Assembly: GCF_006345805.1 (NCBI RefSeq)
Contig: NC_042997.1
Span: 17,484,001 to 17,548,000 of the forward strand
DNA from: Octopus sinensis
Lineage: Eukaryota
Reading direction: 5' to 3'
DNA: 64,000 nt
This document shows, piece by piece, positions 39,960 to 54,454 of this stretch. Both the position numbers and the translations under genes were made by a program. Numbering within the stretch: position 1 is the first letter of the stretch; each line of letters starts with the position of its first letter. The notes below the pieces were generated by a model. It was given only the letters and a program-made list of their open reading frames with translations, was not told where the DNA came from and did no database searches.

Positions 39960-40100
39960 TTTACTACCCACAAGGGGCTAAACACAGAGGGGACAAACAA
40001 GGACAGACAAAGGGATTAAGTCAATTCCATCGACCCCAGTGTGTAACTGGTACTTAATTTATCGACCCCGAAAAGATGAAAGGCAAAGTCGACCTCGGCA
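39960..40100 (-). mobile_element. Well-conserved 3' part of a SINE (family ending gtccttgtttgtcccctctgtgtttagccccttgtggg)
   Basis: Reverse complement of 20360-20470; same family as the decayed cluster at 48355-50560. Confidence 0.75.
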
Positions 40101-40901
40101 CAGATATATATATATATATATATATATATGCATATATATATGTATGAATGAACATATACATACCTATACAGATATATGTTAAATATTTAAGGTAAAAAAA
40201 TAGAGTAAGTAGAAAAATGTATTTATCTGTGAAGATATAATTTAGCTTAAAAAACATTAATAAACTATAGAATATCTTTAACCTAGTTATAGTCTAATAT
40301 TTAATTACCAAACTATTTAATAAGACAATCACTCTTAATACTTTTAGATTTTAGTTCGCATATAATAATCATAAAATAATAAATGCATAAAAATAAGTAT
40401 CTAAATTATAATCAACAAATATAGTAATTAAAAATCTATATTTTTTCTATCAATAAACATATAAACAACAAATAAATTAGTCCATTATTACTTACATAAC
40501 TATTATAGATATCTTTAGAAAATATTTATGAAATACAAATTAAGAATTGAAAAATTCCAAATTAAAAACGTATAACCTATCTTTATAAAATACTTATTAT
40601 TACTATTATTATTAAATGTAATAGTACTAGAAATATAAAAATAACTAGAAATATAATAAGAAACTTATAGTTAAATTAAAACATTTTTACAATCTAGATC
40701 GCAAAGTGACTAACTAATATCTTAAAATTTACGTTCAGATATAATAATTATAAAATAATAATAATTAAATAAATGTAAATATCTAAATTATCATTAACAA
40801 ATAAAAAATTATAAATTCATATTCAACAATCAATACTTATATAGAGTACAATAAAATTTCTTAAATAAAAAAGTTTACTTATCTCTCAAAAAGTGTATCA
40901 T

Positions 40902-40941
<40 letters not shown>

Positions 40942-41032
40942 TATATCTGTGTATATGTATGTATATGTTCATATTATATATATATATATATATATATATG
41001 TATGCATGTATCTGTGTATATGTATGTATATG

Positions 41033-41071
<39 letters not shown>

Positions 41072-41272
41072 CCCACCAGTCCAAGAGTGTAGAAGGTGCT
41101 TTTAAATGTCATATAACCAGCTGAAATTGCAAAGATAATCTGGAACTCAACTGAGGATAGAAAACTCCGAATGATCCATTCTTGTTTTCCTTGTATTGTC
41201 TGGCTGGATATTTTGTTTTCCTTTTTTTGTTTCACTTAACTGTCTGGATGTTTTGTGTTCTTGTCCCATTTT

Positions 41273-41317
<45 letters not shown>

Positions 41318-41713
41318 TATGTAAATATGTATATGCATGTATACACATCCATATATATATGGTTATATACATGTATACATATATGGATGCATATATATAT
41401 GCATATGTACATACATGTATTATTATATATACAGTACTATATCAAATAATATGACTAATACATATGTATCTTAATATATGCATATATTAATGTGTGTACA
41501 TGTTCATATATTATTAATGCATGTGTGTGTGTGCATATATATATATCAATATATAGAAATAACCATATATATTACTCTCCACCAACTCATCTCTCTATCC
41601 ATCTTATATATATGAGAACTTAAATCTCTAATATACTTGCAAGCATCGTTGCTGACATGTAATCACACATTTTTCTTTTGTACCTTTGTAAATTCAAACA
41701 TTTTAATAATGTC

Positions 41714-41759
<46 letters not shown>

Positions 41760-44700
41760 TCATATATGCTTTTGTGTATGTATAGTTGTGCCTGTATACC
41801 TGTGTGTGTGTGTGTGTGCATCTGTCTTTGAGTGAGTGTTTAAGTGTGTGCTTGTGTATTGATATGAGTCATGAACACCAAAGGGATCTATGTAAGTGCA
41901 ATGAGAGTAATAATCACGAAGGAATAGGAAATATCTTTACAAGAGAAAGAAACTTAATGCCAGACATTTCTGTCATTGATGTCTGAATCTACCTGAAAAG
42001 GAATTACAACAACACAAAGATTCCTTGCATATGAAAGACATTCTAGATGTTTTTACTATAGCCAAGGTCTTTAGGCAACAAATCTCAGCCTTGATGGAGT
42101 ATATCCTATTTCCTCTAAGAGATCAGGTAAGTATATATTTTGCTTTAAGCAAGGATTGAACCTGACACATTTGAAAGACCATGGTCTCTGATTACGCTAT
42201 TTATGATAGAACCTTGTTTGTAAGTATGTACGATTGCATGTGCACACATACTTGCAAACACACACATTTTACATGGACAGGCATGCATACATGCATATAC
42301 ATTGATACCTGCATACAACACATGCATGTATGTATGTATGTATGTATGTATGCATGCATGTATAGACAGATTAGAAAGATAGATAGATAGGGACAGAGAG
42401 AGGCAGGTAGACAGAGAAAGAGAGAGAAATGAACAGCCAGGGATACAGACAAACCAGTGAAACTGGAACTCATACCTCTCCACCTACTAATACTCTGTTT
42501 CAATGGCCACTAATCTATTGTTGATAAGAAAATAAGCTAAAAATCAATTTTTTACAATGACTTGATTCAATGGACTGGTGATACCTTTTTCAACATAGTA
42601 TAAGTAACAGTTTCACAAAATGTAATTAATTTTAAAAGAGATCAGCTATTACAAGTTACTCCAACTGCATATATTCAAGGTTTGAAAACATGCACAAAAT
42701 TTTGAACAATGGCTGTGTAGGAACAGTCATGATAGTTATAAAGTTTGCTAAATTCTTCATTATTTTCAAAGTTAATGTGGACAAAACTAATACATTTCAA
42801 CAGAAATATGGTAACAAAAAGGTTAACTGGATGAGATGAAATTCTTCTCACTGGGTGCTGGTGTATTTTTATACTCTTTCATATATGTTCTCCTAGTATA
42901 AGTATGTTTAGCTTTGCTTAATAAAATATATATGGAAGGCTGAGGAAGGTAAAAAAATAAGTGAAGAGTTGATTTGAAGAGGCTGATCATATGAAGAAGA
43001 TGGCAAAGGAGTGCATTAAATGATGAGATGCTTCACCGAAGGAAACTAATCCAACTGATGATCACATGGAAAAGAAGAAAACAGACATAAAAATGATTTG
43101 ATATAGATGTAGCTTCTCAACCATATGCTTATGGGTTCAGTCTCACTGTATTGCACTTTGGTCAAGTGTCTTCTTCTACAGACCCAGGCCAATAAAGTCT
43201 TGTCAAATGGATTTGGTAGATGGAAACTAAATGAAGCCTATTGTGGGTGTGTGTGTGTGTGTGTGTGTGCCATCATTTCCAGTATTCTGCATAAATATGT
43301 CTGGCCAAGGGGAAATATTATCTTATTTGGAAATAGGTAAGGGCCGGTGACAGGAAGGGTAAGCATCCATAGAAAATCTGCTTTAAACTCTGATCTATAT
43401 AAGCAGGTAAAAATGGATGCTAAAACTTTGAGGATGATAGTATGTGTGTGTGTGTGTATTAAAAATATCCAGTGCATTCTGGATTGCTAAATTCTTCATT
43501 AGTTTCCAAGGGTGAAATGAAGAGGATGTTAATGCAAGCATGGTTTATGTAATAAAGAGTCAATAAAAATAAAAAAAAAAAGAAAGAAATGGTGACAATA
43601 AAATACAGTAACAATGATCTCAGTTTAACAGTTGAAGAGAATAGAACAGAAATGTCTTGAACATATCAGTCTAAAGTTCTTCCTATGAAAGGGAACAAGG
43701 GAAAAACAATAGACAGGAAAAGGAAAGACACAAACAACACCCAAACAACTAAGGGCTGCAAAGCTTCATATATATATAATCCAGCACTATCTTTGGAAGG
43801 GACATAGAGATAGGCAACAATGATTTTTTAAGCAATTAAAGATTAAATGCAAAAGGATAATAGATGGAATGTGCTTGGTTGTGTGGATATGAGTGAACAT
43901 GTAAAAGTGGCTGAATGTTTAAATTGGCAATGTGTGTGTGTCATTTCCTTGGAACTATTCTCTTATGTGTGTGAAAGTTAAACCCATGTTTTGCATGCAC
44001 ACATATGAATGTGAGGTCCATGTGCTTATGTGTGAAAATATGCTTGTTTCTATGGATGTGTGGAATATAAATACTTTCTATGAATGTGAATGCATAGTTG
44101 TCTGTGCATGTTCATACTTGTGTACATGTTTTGTGTGAATGCACACATTGTTTGATAGTGTGTGTGTGTGTGTATGTGCTAGATATATGAGAAGGTAACA
44201 ATGTATTTAACCCCACTTTACATCCAATATGTGCTCAGGTCTGCTTCAAGCCTTGGAACAGATGGGAGTATACAAATATTTGCTTGCTTCCAAACACACA
44301 CACACACACATACATCTCTTGTGTGTGTGTGTGTGTGTGTGTATATATCAAATTTTATATAACTTGACCAATATTTTTCAAGCAATGAACAATTTTCTCA
44401 AAATGATATAATTTGTTGACTTGGAACTTATTGCAAAGCTGCATGGTAAGCAACATTTTTTGTCTTCCTATTCAGGGTTCATTACAATTTTTTCCCTGTC
44501 TAACCTCTTTCTTTCTCTCTCTCACTTTCTGTTGATTGTTTTCAACCATCACCATCACCACCACAACTGCCATACACACGTCATTCAAACTTTTGACACC
44601 ACCACCATCAATACCTTTGACTTTGCCACCTTCCCTTCCACTACCATCACCACAGTCTTTCACATTGCTTACTACCACCATCATCCCTGCCTGCCTCAGA

Positions 44701-45163
44701 TGTCGCCACCACCACCACTACCACCACCACCACCTCTATCACAACTACAGCTCATACTATTACTATCACCATTACCATCACAAACGGGAATCTACTACCA
44801 CCCTCACCATCTCTATGCCTATTGTTACTCTCACTCCATCATGAGGAATAGTAGGAGTGTCACTGCATAGTAAGAGGGGAGGGGGTCAAAGTGTGACATA
44901 CTGACACACAGAAATTTGTTTTGGCACTTATTATTATAGGTGTGTGTATAAACACTGCTTTACATTCAATACCTGCTCAGGTCTGTTTCAAACCTTAGTA
45001 TAAGTGAGAGTATATAAATATTTCCTCTTGTCCATGGCCATATATTGTATATATACTGTAAGTATATGTATGTGTGTGGATAAATAACTATATATATATA
45101 TATATAGATATAGATATATACATATATATATGCACACATATAAACATACATGTTATATATCAT

Positions 45164-45545
45164 GGAGGTGCAATGGCCTAGTGGTTAGGGCAGTGAACTC
45201 GTGGTCATAGGACCACAGTTTCGATTCCCAGACTGGGTGTTGTGAGTGTTTATTGAGTGAAAACACCTAAAGCTCCATGAGACTCTGGCAGAGGTTGGTG
45301 GTGAACCCTGCTGTACTCTTTCATCATAACTTTCTCTCACTCTTTCTTCCTGCTTCTGTTGTACCTGTATTTCAAAGGGCCAGCCTTGTCACACCTTGTG
45401 TCCAGCTGAATCTCCCCCAGAACTACGTTAAGGGTACATGTGTCTGTGGAGTGCTCAACCACTTGCATGTTAAGTTCATAAGCAGGCTGTTCCATTGATC
45501 AGATCAACTGGAACCTTCGCCGTCATAACTGACAGAATGCGACGA
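45164..45545 (+). mobile_element. tRNA-derived SINE (OR-like), near full length
   Basis: ggaggtgcaaTGGCCTAGTGGttagggcag...GTTTCGATTCCcagactggg gives A and B boxes; head shared with 5156-5437 but with a different 3' body. Confidence 0.8.
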
Positions 45546-45713
45546 TTATATATATCATCATCATCATTTAACATCTGTTTTCCATGATGGCATGGTTTAG
45601 ATGGTTACAGGAGCTGACAAATCAAAAAACTTCAAGGTTAACTGCTTTCTTTGCCATAGTTTCTACAACTGGCTTGTGTTTTTACATGTGTCTGCATGTG
45701 TACACATATACAG

Positions 45714-45765
<52 letters not shown>

Positions 45766-46379
45766 GTGTGTGTGTGTGTATATGTATATCTGCATATTTG
45801 CATTTATGTCTGCATATATGTGTGTGTGTATGTTTGTGAGCCAACCTCTAATGTGCTGGTGTCATGAAAAATGTACCCAGGTACTAAGTAAAGTGGTTGG
45901 TGTTAGTAAGTTCTTCCAGGAGTAGATACCATGCCAAAATTAAGTTGATGGAACAAGAAGCAATCCTCCAAACCATCAGAGTTCCTTAAACTCTAATGGT
46001 GCATTGGACCAGTCACAATTCTGTTTTTGGTAAATACTGCTTTTTTTAGTTATAATTGTGTAGTCTATGTTTCAGTTACATATATAAGCATTATTTCCTG
46101 TCAATGATGTTATATGTTAAAATTTATAGGTTAAATGACTCTACATGGAGTCATTTAGTAATGTTAGTAATAGTAACCAATTTTCCTTCAAACCTCATAT
46201 TGGATAGCTAGTCTGAAAAAAATAAGGAATGATTATGATTTGAATACTTTTCCTAATATAGCTACTTTATGCAGGTTGACACAAGGTGAAACAGCAACAA
46301 CATCACTGCTTTGAGAAATACTACATTTTCTGTAATATGTATGAAGAAAAACTAATACTTTATTATTTATAAAGAAAAA

Positions 46380-46770
46380 AAGTTGACACCATTTCATCCA
46401 GCTTAAAAAGATGCTTGAGAAGGATTCTAAGAACATGCTGGCAAGACCTCATAACCAATAAAGACATTCTGAAGAGAGAAACACAAGACCACTTAGTGAA
46501 ATCATAAAAGGATAAAGATTAAAACTAGCAGGTCACATACTCTGGCCATCAGAACAATGCCACTCTAAAACAGTTTTCAAATGGACATCACTAGAAAGAA
46601 AAAGAAAAGAAAGACCAAGAACTAGATGAAACAGAACATTCATAACTGATATCAGGGAGACCAATATCACACAGCTGGATAAAGTGTAAACCACACTCAA
46701 CAGAAACCAGTGGCATCAATTTTTTGCCCAATGTGCTCAAGTGCATAGGAGGAACTGACTTGAATATGCT
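46380..46770 (+). mobile_element. Decayed 3' end of a second RTE family
   Basis: RCLRRILRTCWQDLITNKDILKR...RLKLAGHIL...RPRTR...; ends gcccaatgtgctcaagtgcataggaggaactga. Confidence 0.8.
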
Positions 46771-48354
46771 GATGCTAATTCCACTCCTAATTTCAAGCTA
46801 TGTGGAGAATAACAGAACTCTTGTAATACTTCCAGTAACTTTTGCAGAATAATCTGCATCTTTAGTTAACTCATTGCAACTCTTGCATGAAGGAACTGTT
46901 TGAGGACTGCATTTAGAATGTTCCATTTTGTAGGCTTTGAGGAATTCATTCCCTGTCACTATTCCTATGCAGGGCCAGTGACAGGTTCAGTTTTGGGGAT
47001 TAGTGAGTTTTTGGGATTAGTGAGCCAAAGAAGGTATCTTGAATATCTAACTTGGTCCTTCCCTCCTTCAAATAATAATTAAAAAAAGGAAAAAACTCAC
47101 AGCACCCCTGAGGTGAGCAGGAGACGCTTCTCTTAAAATAGAAATGGTTTTGTCCCACTTTGCAGTTTTGTTTTCTATCTTGCTAAATTTCTCTTGGCAG
47201 CCTTGTGTCTATGTATTCTAATGCTTACACTTCAGTTCTGACTTTATTTACTACCAGGTTTTTTTTTATTTTGAACTCTGCCTTTTTTATAGGGAACTAA
47301 GTTACTGCTAATGTAGGCTAAGTTGTTGAATATCAAGTATCTTTAGCAAGGACAAAATTGTATACTGGTAATGAAATATGAACTGAAGACACTCCCAAAT
47401 GAAATTCTCAGCACTTAAGTATTACTATCACTATTTAGTTATTTGAAGCTTTGTTGCTGCGATATTTCTTTGAGCCTTATCATTTGGGGTGAAACCTTCC
47501 TTGAAGTGAACTTTCCATCTCCCTGGTAAGTTGGTAAAATAATACCAGTAATAAACATGGGTTAGATTCTCGTGTTGCTGGGTTTGACAAGCAAATTCAT
47601 AAAGCATTCCAATGAGATAATATGCCATATGGCAGAAAAATACAACTAACCATTCATCTCAGGATGCGAAAGCACATTTTAAAATGATGTTGATGATATT
47701 GTTGATAATAATTTTTTCTACTCTACTCCCACTTATCATCTTTCTCCTCCGCTTCATCATCATCATCATCATCATCATCCTCATTGTCATCATCCTCATC
47801 GTCATCATCACCACCATTATCACAACCAGCACTGTTGTCATCGTTGTTTTCTTCATCATCACCATTATTACCATCATTATCCAACAGACGGTGATTTTCA
47901 AACATTCAGTAGATTGAATGACATGTTATATGTCTGGCACATAACCAATATAACTAACTTTATAAACATTTTAATCCTTCACTATATATAAGTCACAAGC
48001 CATTCCTCATCCCACTCTCCCCTCTATTCTATAAAAATCTATGGTTTGGCTCTGCTTGATCTTTCCAACATCAATTTATAATCAGCTTTGCTCAACATTC
48101 TTTATGTCTGTTAAATCAACTACATTTTAAGTGCTCTGCTCATTTTTTTTTTTCATTTTTATTATTCTTAGTATTACTATTATTTTTTGCTTTGTTTTAT
48201 TTTTTTAACATTTAAATTAAACATTTCATTTTTTTTTTATTAGATGTATCTTATCGATATTGGGAATGAAATGGCATAAAGTAAAGAAATGATTTTTCTT
48301 GCCTTTTAAATAGTGTTACAGTAATGGTTTATTATTAATTTTACTATTACTACA

Positions 48355-50560
48355 AGGTAGAGAATAGGCAGAATCATTACAATGATTTTTGTGATATTTG
48401 TTCTGTCTCTCTATATTCTGAGTTCAAATGTACAAAAATCACTTCAAGGTTAATATAATAAATTACCTGTCAAGTACTTAGTGGAGTTGGTATAACTGAT
48501 TAAACTCCATCCCTCAAAATTGCTAGCCTTGTGTCTAAATTAGAAATAATTATTACTATTATCATGAAAAATCTCAGCTTTATTTTGCTGGGTATGATGG
48601 AACATGTCAGCTGTCCATGGCCAGCAGACTAAGGTGACACTGCTAATTGATCATGCATCAAAAACCCTGTGGAGGACTGTTACAGTTTCAGACAATAATG
48701 ATTTTTGCTGATGTTCTATCTTTACATTCATTCCCACCTTTTTGAGCCATGTTGGTAGTTGGGTACTGATAGTTCCAAGTGCACCAACTACTATTGCTAT
48801 CATTATTAAGGTGGTGAGATGGCAGAACCATTAGCCCAGTGGCATTTTGTCTGTCTTTATGTTCCAAGTTCAAATTCTGCTAAGATTGATTTTGTGTTTC
48901 ATCCTTTCAGAGAGATAGAATGAATACCAGTTCTGTACAGGGGTTGTGACTTACTCCCTCCCCCAAAATTGTTGGCCTTGTGTCAAAATTTGAAACCATT
49001 ACTATTATTGTTATTATTATTGTTGCTGTTAAGGTGGTTACCTGGCAGAATCATTAACATGCCAGACAAAATGTTTAGTGGTCTTTCATCTTTCTTTACA
49101 TTCTGAGTTCAAATTCTGCTGAGACTTACTTTGACTTTCATCTTTTCTGAGTTGAGATAATAAATACCAGTCAAATACTGAGGGTCAATGTAATTGGTTA
49201 GCCCCTTCCCCAAAATTTCAGGCCTTGTGCCTATAATAGAATTATTATTATTTAAAAGGGTAAAGACCTCCTTTGGTCATGAATGACCATGGGACAACAC
49301 CTAGAAAGTTCCCCTCTAAGGCACAAGTCCAGGCAAAGTTGTTTATGGAAGACCATCAGTTGCCCATGCATACCAGCCTCCACCCTCCATGCCATCAATG
49401 TTATCCAAGGGAAAGGCTAATACAGTTTGGCACTAGTGACGTCACACTCATTTTTACAGCTAAGTGAACTGGAGCAATGTGAAATAGTGTCTTACTGAAG
49501 AGCACGACTCAGCCTGATTTGGGAATTGAACTCACTACCTCATGATTGTGAGCCCAATTTTCTAACCACTGTGTCAAGCACCTTCACACTATTATTATTA
49601 TTATTATTATTGTTTTGGCGTTAGGAAGGGCGTCCAGCCGTAGAAACATTGCCAGATCAGACTGGACCTGGTGTAACCTTCTGGCTTCCCAGACCCCAGT
49701 TGAACCGTCCAACCCATGCTAGCATGGAAAGCGGACGCTAAATGATGATGATGATGGTGATGATGATTACATAAGGTGGAAAACTGGTAGAATTGTTACC
49801 ATCCGGATAAAATACTTAGTGGTACTTCCACCAGCTCTTTACGTTCTGGGTTCAAATTCCACCAAGGTTGAGTTTGCTTTTCATGCTTTCAGGATTATTG
49901 AAATAAGTACCAGTTGAACACTGGGATTGATGTAATCACCTAGTCCCTACTCCCAAATTGCTGGCCTTATGGCAAAATTAGAAAGGATTATCACTATTAG
50001 GGGAATAGATTAAGAGAATCAATAGAGCATCAAACAAAATAGCTTGTGATACATGTTCTGGTGTTTTATGTTCAGATCCCACCAAAGTTAGCTTCTATCT
50101 TTCTGGGGATTGATAAAATAAAGCAGGAGTCAAGTATCAGGGATTAATTTAATGAACTAAATCCAACCTCAAAATTTCTGGCCATGTGTTCTATGTAAGA
50201 AATTAGTAGTACTATTATTTTTGCTGAATTCACTTTTTCACATTTAAATTAAATATTTTACTATATTCTAATGTTTTATAAGAAATATCTTATTAATATT
50301 GGAAATGAAATGACAATGAAGTTAATTTTCATGCCTTTTAAATAATGTTGTAGTAATGACTGTTAGTAATATTACTAATATTATTATTATTGTTAGTTGG
50401 TGTATTGACAGAATCCCTAGACAAAATCCTTGTAGCATTTAGATATGATCTTTCATGTTCATTATCATTCTCAGTTCAAATCCTGCTATGGGCAACTTTG
50501 CCTTTTTGTCTTTCAGGGACAGATAAAATAAGATTACAGCAAGAACTGGGGTCAATTTAA
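48355..50560 (+). mobile_element. Cluster of ~6 co-oriented decayed SINEs interleaved with one other SINE and an RTE tail
   Basis: Heads of the form aaggtgg..a..tggcagaatc start near 48355, 48808, 49031, 49773, 49998 and 50395, each with gttcaaattc and aagtaccagt motifs and each adjoining (TAT/ATT)n runs. Confidence 0.7.
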
Positions 50561-51973
50561 TGAATTCAATGTTTTGCATGCTTGTGTTTTTCTTACCTAA
50601 TTGAAGTGTATTCCTTACACTTTTTGTTATTTGTTATTATGCTTCCTCACTTATCACACTTGTGGCAAATAAAATTATTATGATTATTGTTTGTTATTTT
50701 TATCAATGTGCCTTAATTTTAAAATAGGTGCACCATATTCTTGCATTTTTTAGAGGTAACTAAAAGGATTAGCATCAGAAAGGCCATCTGGCTTCAGAAA
50801 ATCATGTCTAACTATGTTAACACAGAAGATCAAATGTAAAAATGATGATGAGTAACACAGGCTAGAAATTTGTAAGGAAAGAGTTAAAATTGATTGAATG
50901 TGTCAGATCCAGTAGAGATATCCTGGAGTATCAAACTTAGAGGGATGAAAATTAATATCTAATTGAAGGAGAGATCTGATGTCTTGATATTGAAGGATAA
51001 TGGTAATTGTTTCATAGAGTTCAAGTGGTGGTATATGTTTTATGCTGCAAGGAAGAATAGAAGTATAACATTTTGAGTTGAGACATTTATTGGAGAGACA
51101 GAGATTTGTATTTGCTGGTGCAAATTGCCAGTCCCAAAGAATTCTACTGTTTTACTAAATAGTTGTTTCGTACTTAGGTAGAAAATAAGCAAGTATAAGA
51201 TGTCCACACTTTAGGTCACTGAGTACTCACTACAATAACTTTTACTGTATACAAGGTACTCCACCTCATATTCACACTGTAAAAAGATTTGTTCATGAGC
51301 AGAGAAAATATAGATGCAAGAGGTCTGTCTAGTCCTGTGTCACTGAGAACTATTCAACTTCTTTAGTACTGATGCCTTGATAAAAAAAAAGAAAAACACT
51401 CAGTACACTCTGTACTATTGTTGATAATAAAAAGGATATCCATCCGTAGAAACCTAACCAAATGATGCCTATGAGTAGCAGTCTATGGATGTAGTGGCTC
51501 TCTGTGGGAGGTGCCATGCAATGTAATGACCTATCCTATTTAAACTTTATATCTATTTGGCCAAATTAAGAAATTTTCTTTCCAACAACATGGTTTTAGA
51601 TTCAGTCTTGATGTGCAGCAGCTTGAGCAAATGACTTTTTTTGTGGTTCAGAAGCTAATTGCTCAATAATATTAGGTCAATTTTAATGCCTGCTTTTCTA
51701 AGCTTGTGACATTAGTTTACAATCATCATGTGATATCAAAACAAAGAGAAACAAATATACAGATAATTCTAAACATACACACACACAAAAATACATATAT
51801 ATCATACTTATATGATATATATTAGTATTAGGAAGGGTATCCACCCATTGAAACCATGCAAAAGATGACATCAGAGTATAACACAGTCCTGCAGCTCACT
51901 GGTTCCCTGTCAAACCGTCCTAACCAGGCAGTATGGAAAGCAGATACTAAATGATGAGGATTATGATATATAC

Positions 51974-52137
51974 AGGCACAGAGGTGGCTGGGTGGTAAGT
52001 TGCTTGCTTACAAACCACATGGTTCCAGGTTCAGTTCTACAGTGTGTCACCTTAGGCAAGTGTCATCTACTATAGCCTCAGGATGACCAAAGCCTTGTGA
52101 ATGGATTTGGTAGATGGAAACTAAAAGAAGCCCGCCG

Positions 52138-52170
<33 letters not shown>

Positions 52171-52372
52171 TTGCGTGCGCGCGTATGTGTGTGTTTGTCC
52201 CCACTTGACACCTGATGTTGGTGTGTTTACATCCCTGTAACTTAGCAGTTTGGCTAAAGGGACCGATAGAACAAGTACTAGGCTTGCAAGAAATAAGTCC
52301 TAGGGTTCATTTCTTTGACTAAAGGTGGTGCTCCAGTATGACTGCAGTCAAATGACTGAAATAAATAAAAGT
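51974..52372 (+). mobile_element. tRNA/CORE-like SINE, full length
   Basis: ggcacagaggtggctgggtggtaag...ggttcagttctac...accttaggcaagtgtc...aaatgactgaaataaataaaa. Confidence 0.85.
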
Positions 52373-52649
52373 ATATATATATTTATATACACATACATAC
52401 ATATATATACACATACATACACATGCCAGTGGCCCCTGACTGGCTCCTGTGCTGGTAGCATGTAGAAATCACTGACTACACTCTTGGAGTGGTTGGCATT
52501 AGGAAGGGCATCCACCTGTAGAAACCTTGCAAGATCAGATTGGAGCCTAGTGCTGCTTCCTGGCTTGCTAGTCCTCAGTCAAACCATCCAGCCAATGCCA
52601 GTATGGAAAGCAGATGATAACTATGATGATGATGATAATGATACACACG

Positions 52650-52757
<108 letters not shown>

Positions 52758-54007
52758 GGAGGTTTTCTTTAATTTTCTGTTGAGCAAATCCAGTCAGAAG
52801 GCTTTGGTTGGACCTGGGTATCACAGATGACACTTGACCAAAGAGCCATTCAGTAGAACTGAACCTGAAAGCATGTGGTTGGGAAGCAAACTTCTTAACT
52901 ACCAAACCATGGTTACATCTATATATTTTTAAAGAAACATGACATCCAAATCCAATAGCCTAGTTTTTGCATATTAGATTCCTCTGAAATAGTACACAAT
53001 ACATTGCTGTCTTGATAAATACTATTTTCCTGCTCATCTCTAAACTAACAATTTATTTTATAATGCTATATTTATGTAAATTGCAAATATTTGTAATGAA
53101 ATAATTACAAATAGCAAAAATAACAATGCCACCAGTACTACAAACTACAAAAATGAAGATAATTTCTAGCAATGATACAAAAAATTGAATTAGGTTTGTT
53201 TTGTTGCTTCTGTTATGGTTTAAACCCTAATTTCAATCTTGAACATCCTATCATTTTAGGAGAACTTGGACTAGCAATGTGTAATTACCTTTTCTTTTTT
53301 TAAAGATGGCAGTGTGTTATTTGAGGAAAGTCTGTCTATTGTTTCTAACACCTCTGAACAAAGTAGAAGCACATTCATTGAATTACCAAACCCATTAAAT
53401 TATGGTCACAAAAGGCTCTAGAAGAATGGAAAAGAAAGCTCACCATGGCAGATTTGAACCTAGAATGAATGGCAGAATTATAAAGAAGAAATAGAAAAAG
53501 GCTTAGGAGAAGGAAGAAATATTTTATGAAATTCTGAAATAGAAAACTTAGAAGAAGAAAGAAGAAATATTTTGTGGAATTCTGAGAAAATCATGTGTGG
53601 CATTATTGGAAATTTAGATAAATTTCCATGTATATAAGTGTAAGTATATAAACATGGAAGCAAAAATAAAGCTTTGCTACATATTTCTAGCGGTATATAT
53701 AGTGGCCAGTGAAATTATGTGTGCAGTTATATAACAGATAGTTTACACAAATATACATATATACATGCATATATATATATGACCCCAGACAGAAGATAAA
53801 CTGTTTTTAGTTCAAATTTTTATAGATTTTTATTGATATTTAATAAGATGAGATTCATTGTCGAAACTATTTTCTTTATATAATTTTTAAATCATTTTAT
53901 TAAATTCCTTCTCAAATTGAAATATCTTAGATTTACTTCTGTGCTATTTCCACCTCCATCTTTTATAAATAAAAAATTTGATTTCTATAGATCTCTAATC
54001 CTTTTTC

Positions 54008-54040
<33 letters not shown>

Positions 54041-54041
<1 letters not shown>

Positions 54042-54454
54042 TCTTTTACTCTTTTACTTGTTTCAGTCATTTGACTGCGGCCATGCTGGAGCACCACCTT
54101 TAGTTGAGCAAATCGACCCTGGGACTTATTCTTTGTAAGCCCAGTACTTATTCTATCGGTCTCTTTTGCCGAACCGCTAAGTGACGGGAATGTAAACACA
54201 CCAGTATCGGTTGTCAAGCAATGCTAGAGGGACAAACACAGACACACAAACATATACACACAGATACATATATATATATATATATATACATATATACGAC
54301 AGGCTTCTTTCAGTTTCCGTCTACCAAATCCACTAACAAGGCTTTGGTCGGCCCGAGGCTATAGCAGAAGACACTTGCCCAAGATGCCATGCAGTGGGAC
54401 TGAACCCGGAACCATGTGGTTGGTAAGCAAGCTACTTAACACACAGCCACTCCC
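54041..54454 (-). mobile_element. tRNA/CORE-like SINE, young full-length copy
   Basis: Best-preserved copy of the family, flanked by (TA)n. Confidence 0.88.

Noticed and set aside
40150-40890. Mitochondrial insertion (NUMT)
   Set aside because: No recognisable mt rRNA, tRNA or protein motif on either strand; kept only as an unexplained AT-rich block.
41148-41180. Hammerhead motif at CUGAGGA...ccGAAU
   Set aside because: Stem II does not pair and GAAA is absent; at most a highly decayed relic.
45164-45240. tRNA genes (also 5365-5437 and 33690-33765)
   Set aside because: A/B boxes are present but the cloverleaf is incomplete and each head continues into a repeat body, so these are SINE heads.
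53480-53640. Protein-like frame KEEIEKGLGEGRNIL*NSEIENLEEERRNILWNSEK
   Set aside because: A short internal duplication in purine-rich sequence, with an in-frame stop and no family match.
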